From assembly GCA_051747585.1 (NCBI GenBank), contig JBNJGH010000091.1, forward strand, positions 1-13,190: a DNA stretch of 13,190 bases, read 5' to 3'. Position numbers and translations under genes: made by a program. Shown here one piece after another: positions 1-6,580 of this stretch (position 1 is the stretch's first letter; every line of letters starts with the position of its first letter). Origin of the DNA: Candidatus Rifleibacteriota bacterium. Lineage in GTDB: Bacteria; Muiribacteriota; Ozemobacteria; Ozemobacterales; Ozemobacteraceae. The notes beneath the pieces were generated by a model, which had not been told where the DNA came from, ran no database searches, and saw nothing but the letters and a program-made list of their open reading frames with translations.

Positions 1-76
1 CCATCGCGACCTTCACGAAGCCGACGGTGTCATAAAAGGAATAAACAGCCTGATTTACCCGGTCAAATTCAAATAA
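1..76 (+). CDS. 3' end of an upstream gene, truncated by the window edge (...HRDLHEADGVIKGINSLIYPVKFK*)
   Basis: Frame starting at nt 2 is open to TAA at 74-76 and is followed by a palindromic repeat. Too short to assign a function or be sure it is coding. Confidence 0.4.
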   Translation, partial: HRDLHEADGVIKGINSLIYPVKFK

Positions 77-83
77 AAACAAC

Positions 84-122
84 GAGATTGCTTCGTCGGC
101 CAAAGCCCGCCTCGCAATAACA
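84..122. repeat. REP-like palindromic repeat, copy A (AGATTGCTTC...TCGCAATRACA type)
   Basis: GAGATTGCTTCGTCGGCCAAAGCCCGCCTCGCAATAACA. ATTGC and GCAAT can pair. Shares both ends with the copy at 7680-7723. Confidence 0.65.
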
Positions 123-172
123 ACGATTACAAGCAAGAGCTCCGCTCAATGACCAATAATATAATGACTGAA

Positions 173-742
173 TTATTGCTTCTTTATTTTTTCGATTAAT
201 TCATTCGGAGTTTTGGCAAACTCAAATAATTCAAAATGCTCCGGTTTTATCGTTTTTTCTGCAAGACCGTGCTGCAGCATTTTCAGCAAGGGCTCGAAAT
301 AATTATTAAGGTTAAAAACAAACATTGGCTTGTTATGCCGCTTTAACTGTTTCATGGCAAGCAAATCGAAAAATTCATCGTAGGTCCCTATCCCACCGGG
401 AAAAACAAGTATTACATCTGAGTAATCCAACATCAGTTGTTTACGATCGCGCAGATCTTTTGCCAAATAAACCTTATCAAGCAATTCATGCTTTATACCA
501 CGCTCAACCATGTATTCGGGTATAACTCCGAAAAGTTGGCCACCGGCATTCTTGTGAGCATCGGCAACAACTTTCATTAAGCCACAGGTAGTTCCGCCAT
601 AAAGCAGATTATAACCGTTTTTTGCAAGCAAACCCGCCATTTGAGCAGCCGACTTTTTTATTTCTTGAGAAACATCCGCACTGGAAGAACAAAAAACACA
701 TACTGTCAGGCCATTATTTTGATTTTCGCTGTATATATTCAT
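173..742 (-). CDS. LOG family (TIGR00730-like) nucleotide 5'-monophosphate phosphoribohydrolase
   Basis: Motifs VCVFCSSS, LLYGG..GLM, GVIP, RK..M and the signature PGGxGTxxE (PGGIGTYDE). I chose the ATG at 742 (189 aa) because the track's TTG at 778 lies in a -35 box. Confidence 0.9.
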   Translation of the reverse strand: MNIYSENQNNGLTVCVFCSSSADVSQEIKKSAAQMAGLLAKNGYNLLYGGTTCGLMKVVADAHKNAGGQLFGVIPEYMVERGIKHELLDKVYLAKDLRDRKQLMLDYSDVILVFPGGIGTYDEFFDLLAMKQLKRHNKPMFVFNLNNYFEPLLKMLQHGLAEKTIKPEHFELFEFAKTPNELIEKIKKQ

Positions 743-749
743 AAGCAGC

Positions 750-778
750 ATTATAAAATCTGCCGCTCGATAGCGCAA
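750..778 (-). promoter_or_regulatory. sigma70-type promoter for the LOG gene, possibly leaderless
   Basis: Minus strand reads TTGCGC-17 nt-TATAAT-7 nt-ATG(742). No Shine-Dalgarno. Confidence 0.6.
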
Positions 779-935
779 TAAAAACTAGAATGCGGACAAT
801 TTATTTTTTCCTAAAAGAGGAATTGTTCCGCGGAATTATGCACAATAAAATCCCCAGCACTATTTAATCCTCTAATTATCCTCTATGTTTTATATAGCCG
901 TTTTTTCGCCAATGTCAATAGCAAAATTTTTGTTA

Positions 936-2429
936 CTAATAATCTCTTGGTTTGTACTGCTCGAAAGCTTTTTTATCGAAAGCTCTTCTAAAGGCTTCCT
1001 GAGGCAGTATTTTTCTTTGTTTAACCAGATCCATCAGCGACTGATCCATTGTCTGCATTCCTGCCTGTTTGCTGGTCTGCATAATAGACGGCAACTGAAA
1101 TGTTTTGTTGTCACGAATAAGGTTTGATACCGCAGGGGTATTTATAAGAATTTCCAGGCAACACATGCGACTCATGCCATCGATAGTTGGGATCAGCTGC
1201 TGGGCAATGATTCCCTGCAGCGCATCGGCCAGCTGTGTTCTGATCTGATCTTGTTGATGAGCCGGGAAAACGTCGACAATACGGTCAACAGACTGCGCAG
1301 CCGACGGAGTATGCAAAGTAGCAAAAACAAGATGCCCTGTTTCAGCTGCAGTTACCGCCAGAGATATGGTTTCATAGTCACGCAATTCGCCGACGAGAAT
1401 TATGTCAGGATCTTCACGCAATGCAGATTTCAGCGCATTGGCGAAGCTCCTGGTATTTGGACCAATTTCGCGTTGATTAACCAGGCAACCCTTGTGCCTA
1501 TGCACGAACTCGATAGGGTCTTCAATTGTCAATATGTGCTCCTGGCGCTCACTGTTTATCTGATCGACCATGGCCGCCAGAGTAGTAGATTTACCAGATC
1601 CGGTGGGTCCGGTAACAAGCACCATTCCCTTGTTTCTTCTTGCGAGGTCGCCTAGAACCGAGGGCAATTTAAGCTCAGCCAGCGACTTGATTTCAGTGGG
1701 AATAACACGAAAAACCGCACCCATACCAAGTCTCGTATAGAACAAATTGCACCTGTAACGTGCGACATCTTCGAGCTCATAAGAGATATCCAACTCGAGA
1801 TGATCTTCGAGACGAGCTCGCTGATCATTATCCAGGAACTGAAAAATCAGACGCCTTGTGTCTTTAGCAGATAAAATCGGCAGATCGGTTGGCCAGAGCT
1901 TGCCCTGCAAGCGAAGCATTGGTGGCGAACCAACAGCCAGGTGTAAATCAGAGCCTTGTTTTTCAACAATAAGCCTTAAAAGATCATCGATACTGTAGTC
2001 TTCGGCATTCGGGCCAGCCTTTGAAGAGGCGGCAGATTTTGAAGCTGCCGGCGGGCGTGCAGGTTGCTGCGACGATGGTGGCGGGTTTTGCGGAACACCC
2101 GTAGGTCTGCTTTGCTGAGAAGGAGCGCCTGGCTGCTGGGGCCTGGCAGGAGCGCCTGAGGGAGCAGAGGGTCGAGCCGGCCCCTGCTGTCCTGGTGCGG
2201 GTCGGCCAGATGGCCTGGCAGGCTCGCCTGGTCGGGCGGGTCCATTCGGCTGTGGCTTCGACGGCTGCGCCGGGCGCTGTTGAGGACGCGCAGGCTGTTG
2301 CGGCCTTGCGGGCGTCGAAGAACCGGCAGGTTTAGATGCAGGTGGTTTAGGGCTCCGAGGCTTTTTTTCGTCCCCGGAATTTTCATCAGAATTTCCGCCA
2401 AATAGTTTTCCAAAAAAATTATCACTCAT
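936..2429 (-). CDS. pilT: Type IV pilus retraction ATPase PilT with a long Pro/Gln/Ala-rich N-terminal extension
   Basis: SDLHL; Walker A GPTGSGKSTT; Asp box TIEDPIE; Walker B LREDPDIILVGELRD; His box TGHLVFATLH; AIRNLIRE-like motif AVSNLIRD; C-terminal GMQTMDQSL. PilT core starts near residue 146. Confidence 0.93.
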   Translation of the reverse strand: MSDNFFGKLFGGNSDENSGDEKKPRSPKPPASKPAGSSTPARPQQPARPQQRPAQPSKPQPNGPARPGEPARPSGRPAPGQQGPARPSAPSGAPARPQQPGAPSQQSRPTGVPQNPPPSSQQPARPPAASKSAASSKAGPNAEDYSIDDLLRLIVEKQGSDLHLAVGSPPMLRLQGKLWPTDLPILSAKDTRRLIFQFLDNDQRARLEDHLELDISYELEDVARYRCNLFYTRLGMGAVFRVIPTEIKSLAELKLPSVLGDLARRNKGMVLVTGPTGSGKSTTLAAMVDQINSERQEHILTIEDPIEFVHRHKGCLVNQREIGPNTRSFANALKSALREDPDIILVGELRDYETISLAVTAAETGHLVFATLHTPSAAQSVDRIVDVFPAHQQDQIRTQLADALQGIIAQQLIPTIDGMSRMCCLEILINTPAVSNLIRDNKTFQLPSIMQTSKQAGMQTMDQSLMDLVKQRKILPQEAFRRAFDKKAFEQYKPRDY

Positions 2430-2431
2430 AA

Positions 2432-4099
2432 TCAGAACAATCTCATAAATTCATCAAGACTTGTTTCACCAGCCAGCAACATTTCGAGTGCTTGCTGCTC
2501 AAGACTTTTAATGCCCTGTTTTCGGGCAAAATTATCAAAATCCTGGTAGCACTGTTTATTAATTATCATCTGCCTTAAAGTCGGGCTATCAGGAATAAAC
2601 TCTATTAATAAGACACGACCGGAATAACCTGTATTATTACAGCCTTCGCAGCCTTTAGCGACAAAAATCTTCTTCTGTTCAGCGTCTGCCGGAACCCTTG
2701 TTTTAAGCTCTTCAGGCATATCAATTTCTTCACAACAATTCTTACATATTTTTCTTACAAGACGCTGACAAAGGAATCCGCAGAGAGAGGAAGCCGCCAC
2801 CACAGGATCAACACCGGTCTGAATAAGCTTCACGATAGAACTCGGTGCGTCGTGAGCAAGGAATGAAGTTAACAAGGTCTTACCGCCAAGGCCGGCGAAA
2901 CCGATTTCTTCAGCCAAAGTCCGGCCATTGAGCTGATCTACGTAAATAATGTCGGCATCTAGAAGCAAAGCAAGCTTCAACCCCTGAACATGATCCATTA
3001 CCCCACCAGTGCCAACCTGAATCTGGGTTGTCCGCGGCAAGGTAGCTATAACCGGCTCTTCAACCGTAACAATTTTTTTGCTGTCGGCATTGTAGCTGCT
3101 TAATAGACAATATTGCGAGGTAGTTCTACCCGACTCTCGAGGGCCGGTAACATATAAAACTCCGTGAGTGGTATGCAAAGTGCGCCCAATTTTTTCAAGC
3201 TCACCTTGAACTGCCTGACCAAGCTGCTCGGTTATAGAACCAAAGTCACTCAGCTTGAGAATAACCATTTCACCATTAATTGTCGGATAAAAAATCGATT
3301 GAATATTTACCTGCCGATTAGAAACGGTTACTCTAAAATGCCCGACCTTCACCGTATCTTTGGGTGGTTCATTTTCAGCAATTTGCGAAAGTTTTTTGAG
3401 GCGCAGCAAAACTTCGTGATGTACCTTCATTGGCACTTCGATTTTACGCGACAAAACATCGTTAGATCTAAACCTGATCAGCACACCCTTTTCGGACGGT
3501 TCAAAATGAATACGATTAACCCGGTTGATTATTGCCTGACCGAGAATATAGTTGATGACCTTTTCGGGGCCTTCCATACCTTTTGGAATTCCCCGTTCGA
3601 GATTCTGTTTTTCGCTACTGTCAAGCTTGTCGAAATTCTGAGCTGAAACCTTATCATCAACATTTATGGGGCCATAAACAGCGCCATAAGTCTGCTCAAA
3701 GTCAAAAAGGGTACATATAGATACAGAAACATTAACCCCGTATTTTCCTTCGAGATATTCGACAGGCCTTGAATCAAGCGGATCAACCATACAGACACTC
3801 AATTGATTGCCGGCCTTGTAAAGTGGCATCAGCCGGTTATCAAGAGCAAACTCAGGGGTTACCATCTGAACTACTTCATTATCGACTATTCCCGGATTAA
3901 GATGGATAAAAGATATATTGAGCTGGTTTCCCAATGCCCATATAATATCATCTTCTGTTACAAGACCCATCTCAGAAAGAGCTTCACCCAGCTTGAGCCC
4001 CTTTTCTCGCTGGAAAGATAATGCCTGTTTAAGCTGCTCTTCCGAGATCAGGTTACAGTCTATTAAAATATCACCAAGACGTTTTTTCTGCGTATTCAT
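2432..4099 (-). CDS. PilB/GspE-family protein with N-terminal MshEN domain and degenerate ATPase motifs
   Basis: Two 24-aa MshEN repeats, IHFEP, QRLVRKICKNC and GCEGCNNTGYSGR identify the family. Walker A reads GPRESGRTT and Walker B reads LLLDADIIYVDQLN. ATG at 4099 (555 aa) preferred over GTG at 4126. Stop is 2 nt upstream of the pilT ATG. Confidence 0.88.
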   Translation of the reverse strand: MNTQKKRLGDILIDCNLISEEQLKQALSFQREKGLKLGEALSEMGLVTEDDIIWALGNQLNISFIHLNPGIVDNEVVQMVTPEFALDNRLMPLYKAGNQLSVCMVDPLDSRPVEYLEGKYGVNVSVSICTLFDFEQTYGAVYGPINVDDKVSAQNFDKLDSSEKQNLERGIPKGMEGPEKVINYILGQAIINRVNRIHFEPSEKGVLIRFRSNDVLSRKIEVPMKVHHEVLLRLKKLSQIAENEPPKDTVKVGHFRVTVSNRQVNIQSIFYPTINGEMVILKLSDFGSITEQLGQAVQGELEKIGRTLHTTHGVLYVTGPRESGRTTSQYCLLSSYNADSKKIVTVEEPVIATLPRTTQIQVGTGGVMDHVQGLKLALLLDADIIYVDQLNGRTLAEEIGFAGLGGKTLLTSFLAHDAPSSIVKLIQTGVDPVVAASSLCGFLCQRLVRKICKNCCEEIDMPEELKTRVPADAEQKKIFVAKGCEGCNNTGYSGRVLLIEFIPDSPTLRQMIINKQCYQDFDNFARKQGIKSLEQQALEMLLAGETSLDEFMRLF

Positions 4100-4107
4100 A
4101 CTGAAAT

Positions 4108-4136
4108 AATTTACCTGAACTGCCACTGTTGAGCAA
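4108..4136 (-). promoter_or_regulatory. Possible sigma70 promoter for the pilB-like/pilT pair
   Basis: TTGCTC-17 nt-TAAATT-8 nt-ATG(4099). Partial consensus only. Confidence 0.35.
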
Positions 4137-4187
4137 GTTTTTATTCGAATAAAATATTGAATTTACAAATAAAACACTTATTGCTGT

Positions 4188-4222
4188 AAAAAAATAAAGG
4201 CCGCCTCACAATGGAAGCGGCC
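4188..4222 (-). terminator. Intrinsic terminator of hup
   Basis: Minus strand GGCCGCTTCCATTGTGAGGCGGCC hairpin followed by TTTATTTTTTT, 14 nt after the HU stop codon. Confidence 0.8.
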
Positions 4223-4236
4223 ATTCTTGCGTAAAA

Positions 4237-4518
4237 CTATTTCTTTTTGTTGATCATTTCTCTTAGATCTTTACCAGGTCTGAATTTTGCTACTTTACAT
4301 GCCGGAATTTTGATGGGTTTTTTGGTCTGAGGGTTGATTCCTGTTCTGGCCTTACGTTGTGTTACCAGAAACGAACCAAAACCGACCAGTCGCACATCAT
4401 CAGACTTTTTCAAAGCTTTTTTAATAATGTTTAATGTTGCGTCTAAAGCTTGATTGGCCTGAGTCTGGGTCATGTTTGTTGTTTTTGCGATTTCACGCAC
4501 GAGTTCGATTTTTTTCAA
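4237..4518 (-). CDS. hup: DNA-binding protein HU
   Basis: 93 aa, basic, with VRLVGFGSF, RKARTGINPQT, IKIPA and FRPGKDLRE. TTG start with strong SD AGAGGAGG at 4528-4535. Confidence 0.95.
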   Translation of the reverse strand: MKKIELVREIAKTTNMTQTQANQALDATLNIIKKALKKSDDVRLVGFGSFLVTQRKARTGINPQTKKPIKIPACKVAKFRPGKDLREMINKKK

Positions 4519-4563
4519 TTTTTGGATCCTCCTCTAACTTAGTTGAGAACTGAAGTTAAAAAA

Positions 4564-4592
4564 ATCGTACCAGCACTTTAAACCTTTGTCAA
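4564..4592 (-). promoter_or_regulatory. Strong sigma70 promoter for hup
   Basis: TTGACA (4592-4587), 17 nt spacer, TACGAT (4569-4564), with an extended -10 TG. Confidence 0.8.
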
Positions 4593-4608
4593 TGCTTTAG
4601 CGCAAAAT

Positions 4609-5784
4609 TTATCTTTTTAAATTGGTTAGATCTCGTAATTTCTGGCGTAAAGCCCTATGTTCTTTTCGCAAGGAAACCTGCTCAACCTGAATTCTGGACA
4701 AGGTTTTCTCCTGACTTGTCGACAAAGGAGCCCGCGATAAAATAGCCGAAATTTCCATTTCATTTTGCCTGATTTTACTCTGTATTCTCAACAACAGATT
4801 TCTATTATTGGCATATTCCCGCCTTAAGGAACGTTGATTTTTCAAAAGATTCTCTGAGCCTGGTTGGGCACCAAGTTCTTTTGTATAATCTTCATCTTTT
4901 TCAACACCGGCTTGAGAAGAGCCAATACTTTCCCCTTCTTTGAGTTGCTGCTCTCTTAAAAATTTTAAAAACCCGGAACGTTGTCGCACAATGATTTCTG
5001 GTTCTTCCCGGGTTTGATATTGCTGTTTTTCTTCAAGCTCTTTTTTTTCCGGACCAAAACTCATTTCATCTCTTATGTATTCAAATTCAATTTCAGGCTT
5101 TAATGGCGGCAAGCCTTTGGTTTTATCCGGGTCTCTGTCTTTAATTATTTCTGCATCATCTTTTACAAGTCTGCGATCCCCCCATTCACTTATGAGTGAC
5201 GCTTCAAGAGTTTCAGGGTTAAATTTTTCGGGTTCCTGAGCAACCTCATTTTTTCTATTAAGCCTGGAACGCATTCCCTTCTGCAAAACCAGCTGCCGAT
5301 CGCTTGAACCCTCTGCGGCTCTTAACGCAACAATTCCGGCAAAAACCCTTACCAATGCCTGACCATAGCGATCGACCTCGACATCGAAGGAAGTCCCGAG
5401 AACCGAACATGAACCCAGAGGAGTAAAAACTTTAAAAGCATCCGACCTGCGCCTTACCTTAAACCAGGCATAACCGAGCTTTAATTGAATACCATCACGC
5501 AAAACGGTAATCATAGCGTTTCTTTTAATTCTGACAACGGTTCCATCGGGGAACATCAACTCGCCGCGACCGGCTCCCTCGACATTAATTCGGTCGCCGG
5601 GCTGCACCTCTACCGGCTGTATTTCTTGTAAAGCCAACCAGTTCGCGCCATCATTCCTGGAAAGCACTGCCCGGCCGGCAAGTTTTCTAAAAATAAACTT
5701 ATTATGCTGTCCTTCAACTGTTAGAGTGCCTGCAAACAATAATGCAAGAACAGCAAAAAACCTTAAAAGATAATTATATTTCAT
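4609..5784 (-). CDS. Secreted FecR-domain protein with C-terminal coiled coil
   Basis: Signal peptide MKYNYLLRFFAVLALLFAGTLTVEG. FecR-like pattern GDRI..ELMFPDGTVVRI...FKVFTPLGSCSVLGTSFDV. Charged helical C-terminus. ATG at 5784 follows GGTGGT; the track start is GTG at 5793. Confidence 0.78.
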   Translation of the reverse strand: MKYNYLLRFFAVLALLFAGTLTVEGQHNKFIFRKLAGRAVLSRNDGANWLALQEIQPVEVQPGDRINVEGAGRGELMFPDGTVVRIKRNAMITVLRDGIQLKLGYAWFKVRRRSDAFKVFTPLGSCSVLGTSFDVEVDRYGQALVRVFAGIVALRAAEGSSDRQLVLQKGMRSRLNRKNEVAQEPEKFNPETLEASLISEWGDRRLVKDDAEIIKDRDPDKTKGLPPLKPEIEFEYIRDEMSFGPEKKELEEKQQYQTREEPEIIVRQRSGFLKFLREQQLKEGESIGSSQAGVEKDEDYTKELGAQPGSENLLKNQRSLRREYANNRNLLLRIQSKIRQNEMEISAILSRAPLSTSQEKTLSRIQVEQVSLRKEHRALRQKLRDLTNLKR

Positions 5785-5945
5785 TTTTACCACCGAATAT
5801 CACAAGTATTAATCGCCAATTATACAGCATATTCTTACAAAAATAACCCCGCAAATCAAACAAAAACCAGGAATTCTCGGTCAATTATTATTAGCTGGTT
5901 ACAAAAAGTTCTGGTTTTATTTCTTTCTGTCAAATATAGAATTTA

Positions 5946-6187
5946 AACCACTGAGGTCACCGAGGGCACAGAGTTGATTTTTTAATCTTTTTCAGCCAGG
6001 ATTTGTCCTGTGGACAAATAGCCGGCGGTTTTACCGCCCGGCTTTTCCTTCTTCAGCAAGCCTTCAGAAAAACACGAGTGGTTTTCTGAAGGCTTGCTGA
6101 AGAAGGAAACAATGGCTGAAAAAAATTCTCTGTGTTCTCTGTGCGCTCTGTGGTTATTTTCTTTGTGGCTTTGAGACTTGGTGTGAG
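5946..6187. repeat. Composite nested inverted-repeat element (MITE/REP-like or structured RNA)
   Basis: Outer 28-nt imperfect IR 5946-5973/6128-6155 (22/28). 11-bp IR 5988-5998/6113-6123. Hairpins 6001-6019 and 6020-6043. Perfect 28-bp IR 6044-6071/6082-6109. Period-8 triad at 6161-6183. Confidence 0.8.
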
Positions 6188-6374
6188 GAATTTTCTTTTC
6201 TGAAACCAACTGATGGTCGCTGACCGAGAATTGCTGAACAAAAACCCCTTGCTTGCAGCTAATTTAAGTCTATGTTAATATTTTCAGAACTTACTTCGAG
6301 GTCCTGATTCAAATTTGAGCTGCTATTTGTCGATGCTCTAAAAAGGAATATAGTCAGCAACAAGGAAATTAATT

Positions 6375-6512
6375 ATGGAAAATAACGAAAACAATGAAAT
6401 AAACCAGCAGCCTCCCAAGCTTGACCCGGCAAAAGAAACAAAACAAAAAATAATATTTTTTGTTGTAGCTGTAATAGTACTTCTGGTTCTAAAATCTTAT
6501 CTGGGCCAATAG
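6375..6512 (+). CDS. 45-aa single-pass membrane microprotein (not in ORF track)
   Basis: MENNENNEINQQPPKLDPAKETKQKIIFFVVAVIVLLVLKSYLGQ*. SD-like AAGGA at 6362-6366, a 14-residue hydrophobic run flanked by Lys, and a terminator immediately downstream. Confidence 0.7.
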   Translation: MENNENNEINQQPPKLDPAKETKQKIIFFVVAVIVLLVLKSYLGQ

Positions 6513-6517
6513 ATACT

Positions 6518-6563
6518 AAAAAACAGCCGACGTAAACATATAAAGTTTGCCGGCTGTTTTTTT
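6518..6563. terminator. Bidirectional intrinsic terminator
   Basis: AAAAAACAGCCG (6518-6529) / CGGCTGTTTTTT (6551-6562) with inner GTAAAC/GTTTGC pairing, between convergent stops at 6512 and 6581. Confidence 0.8.
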
Positions 6564-6580
6564 GTTAGCAAATTGTTAGC

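Noticed and set aside
792..831. Imperfect inverted repeat GCGGACAATT/AATTGTTCCGC downstream of pilT
   Set aside because: Large loop, a bulge and no adjacent T-tract. Too weak to call a terminator or operator.
1976..2425. 149-aa alternative-frame ORF over the PilT N-terminal extension
   Set aside because: GC-rich low-complexity DNA is poor in stop codons. The main frame is continuous into the PilT core, so no frameshift or overlapping gene is needed.
2432..4099. Calling the pilB-like gene a pseudogene or a canonical pilB
   Set aside because: The ORF is intact with structural motifs kept, so it is not evidently a pseudogene. Catalytic residues are replaced, so no pilB symbol is given.
325..4109. 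Plus-strand ORFs 325..525, 885..1127, 1251..1655, 3164..3646, 3803..4021, 3918..4109
   Set aside because: Antisense shadows of LOG, pilT and the pilB-like gene, with no recognisable motifs.
5863..5918. AAAACCAG/CTGGTTTT inverted pair
   Set aside because: 8 bp with a 40-nt spacer in AT-rich DNA; could be chance.
5982..6241. Track ORFs 5982..6209 and 6053..6241 (-)
   Set aside because: They lie across the inverted-repeat element. Peptides such as HRAHREHRE and TTERTENTE are translations of the 9-nt periodic repeat. No convincing SD.
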